From positions 178,188,001 through 178,252,000 of the forward strand of contig OZ024740.1 of the NCBI GenBank assembly GCA_964016885.1: a DNA stretch of 64,000 nucleotides. Reading direction: 5' to 3'. This stretch comes from Eledone cirrhosa. Lineage: Eukaryota. Under the pieces are notes generated by a model. That model worked only from the letters and a program-made list of their open reading frames with translations, made no database searches and was not told the origin of the DNA. The position numbers and the translations under genes are program-made. Each line of letters begins with the position of its first letter. Position 1 is the first letter of the stretch. Positions 56,561 to 64,000 of the stretch are shown in pieces.

Positions 56561-59500
56561 CTTTCTACTTATTTGCCACCAGGGCATCAAAGATTGGGAC
56601 AAATACAAAGGGGGGGGGGGGGGGCGGGAGTTTACATACATTTCAAAGGACGTGTAAAAACATATAACAAATCAAATTCAACAATCGAAGTCCTCAATAG
56701 GGAGGGGGCGTTGACGTGGGTCGCACACACCCCCGAAAAAAATGTGCAACCCTCCACCCCAGGAGCACAAAGAGCGGGTGCTCCCTTCCTCTCCTCATTC
56801 TTCTCCTCTCTCACCTACAGGCTGATATAGAGAGAAGGCCCATTCACTCGGGCCATTGTCGCCACTTTCAGCCACCTTTCATAAAACTTGCTGGGGTAGA
56901 GCACCTCTCTCTCCATTCTGATCCTTCTTCTAAAATGGTACTTGAAAAAAAGGACCAGTTGTTGGCCGGAGAGAAAGGTGTCTGACCACAGCCCTTTCAA
57001 CCTCGTCCACCATAAACCTTTTTCGCCATAGCTATCACACAGAGAAAAACCGCCTCTCTTCGTTTTTGAAGGGGGGAGGCAGTTTGATCGTGACAATGTA
57101 CTCGGTGGTTAACCAGATTGGTCCCACCCGCGACAGTAGTCATTCCACATAGCCCCACAGGTCAGCAACGCCTGGGAAGTGTACGAATGCGTGCGAGACG
57201 GTTTCCTCGTCACGCACGCATCTCGGACAGATCTTCTTCGAGGGGTCCCTACCAAGGCGCCCGTGTATATAGAGCTTGTCCCGAACGGGTAGAGCTCCTC
57301 GGTAGCACTGCCAAGCCAGGGACTTTTGGAAATTGTCCATCGGTTCCGGGCCAAACGTCCTACCGAACAGATTAGCTAGCTCGTCTTCCTCCATGCCCAG
57401 CGTCTCTCCGAGAGCGTCGTCGCACTTGTTGCGCACCAACCCTCTATAGAATGTTGAGGTTGAGTCTCCACTTATTGCCAGATCCGCTTGCCAGAGGGCT
57501 GTGAGCGCCTGGGCACATTCAATGTGCCAGTCGCCCACTTTTCTCGGTCTTTGCTTGACCCAGGATTGCAGCTCGGTGAGTGAGACGAGTCTCGGAAAGG
57601 CTCGCCTCACAAAAGGGGCCCACACCGGCTGACCGGTGAGGAATACCTGGAGGTGCCGTAGCCTTAATGCGTGTCTACACATCGTCAGCCACGGCATCCC
57701 CAGCCCTCCGTTCGAAGGTTGTTGACTGCAGATGGATCTTCTCACCAAAGGGGCCGGCTTCTTCCAAAGGAATCGGAAGAGAACGCGCTCCATTTTGGCG
57801 AGTATTTTCGCTGGGCAAGGCACGACAGTCAAGCGATAGTAGATGACGGACGCTATATAAGTGTTCGCCACCTCCGCTCGACCTTTCAGGGATAGTTTGC
57901 ACTCGGCCCACTTCTGGGCGAGTACAAACACCCTTCCCGTTACCTCGTCCCAGTTTTTCTCCACCTGGAGGTCCGGTCCGAACCAGACCCCGAGCAGCTT
58001 CACCGGTCTCTTCGTCCAGCGTCTGACGACGCCGTCGGAGGGCATCGGTTTGCTTCTCCACGTTCCGTGTTGCAAACCGACGGACTTGTCCCGGTTCTGC
58101 TTTGATCCTGTAAACCTTTCGTATTCCTCCAGTAAGGTGCCGATCTGCCCGATTTCCGAGGCGCACAACATCAATATTGTCACGTCATCGGCGTAGGCCG
58201 ACACCACTTTCCACAATCCCGGTTCCAAGGGGATTCCCTGCAACGGCTCCAACTTCCGCAGTAGTAGCTCGAGAGCCAGCACATACAGAAGGGAGGAGAG
58301 AAGGCATCCCTGTTGGATGGATCGCGCGATTTGGAACGGCTCCGAGAGGTAGCCGTTCATCTTGACCCTCGAGCAGGTGTTGCTGCTGTGCATTGCAGCA
58401 ATCCAGCCCCTGAAAACGGGTCCGAAGCCTGCCGCCGCGAGCACTGCATCCAGGTACCGATGGTCGACCCTATCGAACGCTTTAGATTGATCCAAGTTGA
58501 TCATGGCCCCACCAAAGCCGGTTTCGTTCCCTACCCTCTCTACGATGTATCGCATGAGGTGGAGGTTGTCGTGTATGGACCTGGACGGGATTGCGCATGT
58601 CTGCGCTTCTCCAACCAGGTTCCCGACGACAAGCGCCAACCTCTTCGCTAACACCTTGGCCAAAATCTTTAACTCTGTTTTTAGCAGAGTTATGGGCCTG
58701 AAGTTATCTATGTTATCCCCTTGTTCTCGTACTTCCTCACCAGCGTGACTACGCCCTTGGTCACAGAACTGGGAATTCTCTCGTTCTGTTGCCAGTTGCA
58801 GTAGACCGCCTCGAGGAGATCAGAGAACAAGTCCGACATCGCTACATAAAGTTCGTATAGTAGACCATTGAGACCGGGAGATTTGCGTTTGCCGCATTGG
58901 CTCAGCGCTTCCCCTATCTCAGCGGATGAAATCGGCCTTTCGCAGGACTTCGCCTCCCCGTCCAAGAGCTGCAGCAGACCGTCGAGGTATGGACCGAAAT
59001 CCATGGCGTCACCCGGCCCGCCTCCCCCCCGAACAATCCTGCAAAGCGCCGTTGAAAGGCCACGCACATCCGCTATGGTTCAAGGATCACGCGTCCACCC
59101 TGGTCCTTCAAAGACCGAATCGTTGACTTGTTTCCACTTTTTGCCTCTGTCACTCGGGCTCAGCTAACAGCTTTGGCTCCCTCGTTACCCAGAGCACGTA
59201 TTTTACTCCTGACAACACAGTCCTCGTGCTTCGCGTCAAAGAACTAGTCTAGGGCCGTTATTGACGCCAGCACGTCGGCCACGTTGCCACTCCTAATCGC
59301 CTCTTCTACTCTATCTATCAATTCCATTTCAGTTCTATTCCTATCTGATGCTAATTCATGACTAAAACCTATCGATTCTATTCTAATTTCTCTCTTGAGA
59401 GAGCCCCACCACCTGCTGTTGACAATTGCCCCCGTCAACGGCTGCTTAACTAGAGTGCTAATCCGCTTACTGTAAGCTTTGTTTGTCGGTAAGGACAAGT

Positions 59501-62203
59501 TTAGCTTCCAGTAACCGGGTCCTTGTCTATGGATTCTATCAAGGTTGACCACGCAGGTCACCAACTTGTGATCCGAATAGTCAACCATGAACATTCGTGG
59601 ACAGCTTAATATGTCGCTATCCTTATTTCTAATTAGGAACCTATCTAGGTACGACCTAGATGTTCCGCTGAGATTAGTCCACGTCCACAGTGGCACAGTT
59701 GGAAAATCTAGTCGATATCTATCGGCGAGATCAAATCGGCCGATTAATGGTTTGAGGCTGTTACACCCCACTCTATCGGGACATGCCCCTACATAGTCCC
59801 AACGTGCATCCAGGATACCATTCCAGTCCCCCCACTAAAAGCAAGGAGCGAGACGTTCCCAGAAGAGTCTCTAGGTGTTGGAAGATGTCCGGTCGCGGTG
59901 TCCCAGATGGGGCATACGCTGCCACCAGCCTGAAGGCTCCACCTTCACTACTGCCGACGTCCAGGTGTTTTCGCAGCAGAATGACCACCCGCCCCACCCC
60001 CGGCTGACAGAGAGATGCATAGATCTCAAAGTCGTCGAAGATGGGGACAATTGGTGCTCGCTGCTGATCCTGGACTCGCAAATAGCTATCACATCCATTC
60101 TGTGCGACCTGAGGTCATTTAAGAGTTTGCTCTGCTTCCAGGGCATCCCCAGACCGCGCACATTTAAACATATTGGTGGTGAAGAGTTTAGAGTGGAGAA
60201 AAAGGAAAAGATACCTACCTGTCATTCTCCTGGGTACCAGGCTGCATAATTTTCATGGTGGTGTCGGCGGGGTTGTTTAGTGGGGTGGTGGGGACATCAG
60301 TGTGTGGTGGTGGTGTGTGTGTGTGGGGGGTGTTTGGTGGGGGAGGGGTGTCTGGGGTGGTGGTGAGGAAACATTTCAAGAGAACGCGGTTGATAATTCT
60401 AGTACAGGGGTTCCCCACGTCCCCGGGAAAGTTCTGTTTGAGTATTGCGTAGGTGACCCTTGGCCCTAATCATTTTTAAATGCCGTTTAGTCGCCGCGTT
60501 GGTGAACATTTTCCCTTCGGTTTCCACCGAAGAGTCTTTGTCTATTGTTTGCACAAATGTTTTGTTGTTTGTGTTGATGTATGTATACTGTTTTTGTTGT
60601 ATTGCGTTTGTTTTTGTTTGTTGTTCTTGTGTGTGTTTGCGTTTTGTAGTATGTGTTATGTTTTCGGGAGGGGTAGGTTTTTTTGTTTGTGATGTTTGTT
60701 CTGTTTGTGTTGGTGGTTGTGTGTTTGTTGCATTTTTGTTAATGTGGTGCCTTCTTTTCTTTCTTTTAACAGGTTGAAAGGGTTCTCCCTCGTCGTCACT
60801 GGGTGACGTTGATAAGGGGTCCTCGTCCGTGTTGTTGGGGAGGTTGGGTAGGACAGTGTCTTGTGTTGTTATTTTTTCGTGTTGTTGTGGTTGTTGTTGT
60901 TGTGGTGGTGGTGGTTGTGTTGTTGTGTGTGGGGTGGGCAGAATCGTATTTTTTTTTGGGGGGGGGAGGCATTTAAAAGGGGACAGGAAGCCCTCAGGTG
61001 ACCACTTCTTGAGTGGTAGCATGAAGGCTGCCTGACCCCCAACAGAAATGTTTATGAAGGCGACTCCATCCAGGGACACACGCTGCGGTATTCTTGCTAT
61101 CCGTTCTGGTCCCATTTGGACCAGATCTTCAAGGCTATTTCCGCCGAATACGCCCCTGATGGATTCGCCTATCGAAAGGATTGTGTCCTCATCTTCTAAA
61201 ACTCCCGTTAGCACCCACCAAATGCTCGCATTTGGCCTGATGTCCGAGATTCTTATCTTTTGAGTTCTTTTCCCCAAATATGTGAGGAAAAAGGTGTATG
61301 CTTTGGATACAATTGGTGACACAGAATATTTCCGTGCCGCCAATTCATCTTGCATTAAAACAGATATGCTTCCATACAGTTTCCCTTTCTGTATGAAAGC
61401 GATATCCTTCCAGGCACTACTTAGGACCAGCTCATTTTCGCTTTGGGACAATTGAGCCGGTTTCCTAGTCGTTTTGGAAACTGTCCTAAAGATTACGGTC
61501 CTGAGGACTGTGTCCCTTCTATTTCTTCGGAGGAGGTAATTGTGAATTCCCCACCTTCCTCGAAAGTTACACAATTCCTTGCTTCTTTCAGCAATTTCTT
61601 GGCGTTCGAGATGTCCAGTGCCTTGTATGTCTGCGTTTCTCGGACCACCTGTGCGAAGGAGACTGCAGCTGTGGGTCCGTTTTCTTTCGTGTTGTTATTG
61701 TTGTTGTTGTTATTCGTGTTGGCTTGCTTTTTTCCTTTGTTGGTGTTGTCATTATTGCTGTTGTTGGATATGTTGTTATTGTCATTGTTGCTGTTGTTGG
61801 TTGTGTTGTTATTGTCATTGTTGTTCTTGTTTGTGTAATTGTTACTTTTGGGGTTTTCACCCATTTCCACAATTTTTTCTTTTGATTCCGTAGTGTCTTT
61901 TGCGAGAGTGAGGAGGGAAGGCTTACATCGTTGTGCTGCTACCTTCTCTCTATCACTTTCCTTGGGGGGCGTGGCATATGTCGTATTAATGGCGTCCATT
62001 GTCACTAAACGACTTTTCATCGACAACTTATAACTATTAAATTTCGCCCCAAAAAGAGGCGAAATTTATTTTACCCAACGTCTGCAGACCCAGGCGATGC
62101 CCTAAACACAACAAATAACAAGTTACTTAAACAAACCTACCGCTTCTCGTAATAAATTCCGACAAAATGCAGGAGCGAAACAAAAACACGTCTATCTTCT
62201 ACG
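56561..62203 (-). mobile_element. near full-length decayed Tx1/L1-like LINE in (GATA)n
   Basis: ORF1 pieces 61493-62026 (poly-N, SFAQVV) and 60399-61574. ORF2 APE (SYLDRF, SDH, GYWKLN), KSPG.NG, RT (LDQSKAFDRVDH, QGC.LS, AYADD), CPRC..H. (GATA)n at both ends. Confidence 0.92.
57140..58663 (-). pseudogene. LINE reverse transcriptase region (507-aa open segment)
   Basis: RT motifs DQSKAFD, QQGC, YADD, LLGV; flanked by frameshifted ORF2 segments. Confidence 0.9.
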
Positions 62204-62644
62204 AGATAGATAGATAGATAGATAATAAAACTGTAATGTTCTATGGTCGTGAATTCTGAGTAATGAACAAACAATATAATTGCGAATTCAAGCGGCCAAA
62301 GTGGGTTCGCCTAAAAGCTATTTGGAGTAATGTTACCCGATAGGGTGCGTAGCTCGAAGACCAATGAATCGCTGGGGTAGAGCCGCTACTTCTCCGAATT
62401 GAGAGATCACAGCTCCAATACTACGGGCATGTGGTTACAATATCTAAGGAAAGAATTGCTGGTCAGATCTTACGGGCATAGCTAATCAGCAGAAGCCCCA
62501 GAGGTAGATCACGTGCAAAAGGGTTAGATAACATCTACGAACTCGATTCGGCTCTCTTGGAGGTCCAGCCGGATCAATTCGAGACGGATTCTACAGAGAA
62601 GACCCTCTGTAACGCGTGTCTGAAGTCTGAGCTGCCACAACCCT

Positions 62645-62830
62645 TGGATTGGCATTATTGGTAGAGCGCCGGACAACATGCTATATGACATTGGGTTACG
62701 GATCTTTACGATCTGAGTTTAAATCCTGCCGAGGTTATCTTTGCCTTTTATCATACCAGTAATACACTGGAGTCGATTTAATCGACTTCTCCTCCCCCGA
62801 AATTGTTGGGCATGTGCCTAAATCACAAAC
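62645..62830 (+). mobile_element. SINE copy followed by (CTA/CTG)n microsatellite
   Basis: SINE body; trinucleotide array at 62853-63185. Confidence 0.7.
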
Positions 62831-62852
62831 TAATATAATTCATATTCATTGT

Positions 62853-62889
<37 letters not shown>

Positions 62890-62933
62890 AACTACTACTA
62901 CTAATACTGCTGCTGCTGCTGCTGCTGCTGTTG

Positions 62934-63079
<146 letters not shown>

Positions 63080-63131
63080 GCTGTTGCTGCTGCTTCTGCT
63101 GCTGCTGTTACTACTACTACTACTACTACTG

Positions 63132-63185
<54 letters not shown>

Positions 63186-63637
63186 GCGTTCCCACCAGGA
63201 GACGGATTGTGCTCCGTCAGGTTTGAAATGCTAAAGGCACGTCATATGTTATGACGGCACCCCTAGGGTTCCATCAGGAGTTAAGGGTCCTTTAATTTAC
63301 TATAGTACCACATATATTTATCGTGGTACTTTAATACTGCACATATATCTATTGCCGTATAGTACCACCACATATATTTATTGCCATTGAAATAAATATC
63401 TACTTCTTTCTCCTTAATATGACAAAATAACATTATCTGAATCACGTACGAATTGTGTATTATTTTGTTTTGTCTTGCTTTCAATTCTATTTTGCTTATC
63501 ATCATTAATTCTATTGCCATCATTACTAACTAGCATATTTACAATAGATAAACACATTGTATAGAACTTCGGCATTCTGTCTCCAACAAGAGTCATTTGT
63601 AGGGAGATGGCAATCACGTTTGAAAAAAAAAAATAAC

Positions 63638-63671
<34 letters not shown>

Positions 63672-64000
63672 AGAACAATGATAATAAATCAATATATAAA
63701 ATCTCGACTAAAGAAATCACAATCAACTTAGTTTATCTAATATTTCAATGGTCTAATTATTATCTATAGAATTGTCCAGTTTAGCGACCTCTATTGTGAA
63801 ATCTATACGAATTCCAGCTTAACGAAAGAGAAGGTTTGTTTTCTATCATCTTTTTGTTGTTGTTATTTCTATTATCAGTATGTTCAAATTTATATTTCCA
63901 AAGTATATAGAAAACATTTCAACATGAACTATATCGATATTATTATCAACTGCAGCAAACCCCGCAGTAGAAGAAGCATCATTTCGTCCATCATCACAAC

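Overview
AT-rich eukaryotic repeat DNA, saturated with microsatellites. The SINE family and repeat landscape suggest an octopod cephalopod (inference). I recognise no host protein-coding exon, and nearly all long ORFs are microsatellite artefacts or decayed transposon genes. Recognisable elements are two Tx1/L1-like LINEs (one near full length, one internally deleted), R4/Dong-like, CRE-like and RTE LINE fragments, a hAT transposon with intact TIRs, a Tc1/mariner remnant, non-autonomous Helitrons, MITEs and about a dozen tRNA-derived SINE copies. The main hidden signal is more than 20 intact, partial or degenerate type I hammerhead ribozyme (HHR) motifs (CUGANGA...GAAA...NUH) from about ten sequence families. 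Most lie in 60-380 bp-arm fold-back palindromes in or next to (TA)n tracts, and the near-identical fold-backs all have both 3' ends facing outward. Some are still attached to Penelope-like (PLE) GIY-YIG/RT remnants. I interpret this as a TA-microsatellite-targeted, ribozyme-bearing PLE pLTR/fold-back system. All coordinates and pairings were read by eye and may be off by a few bases.
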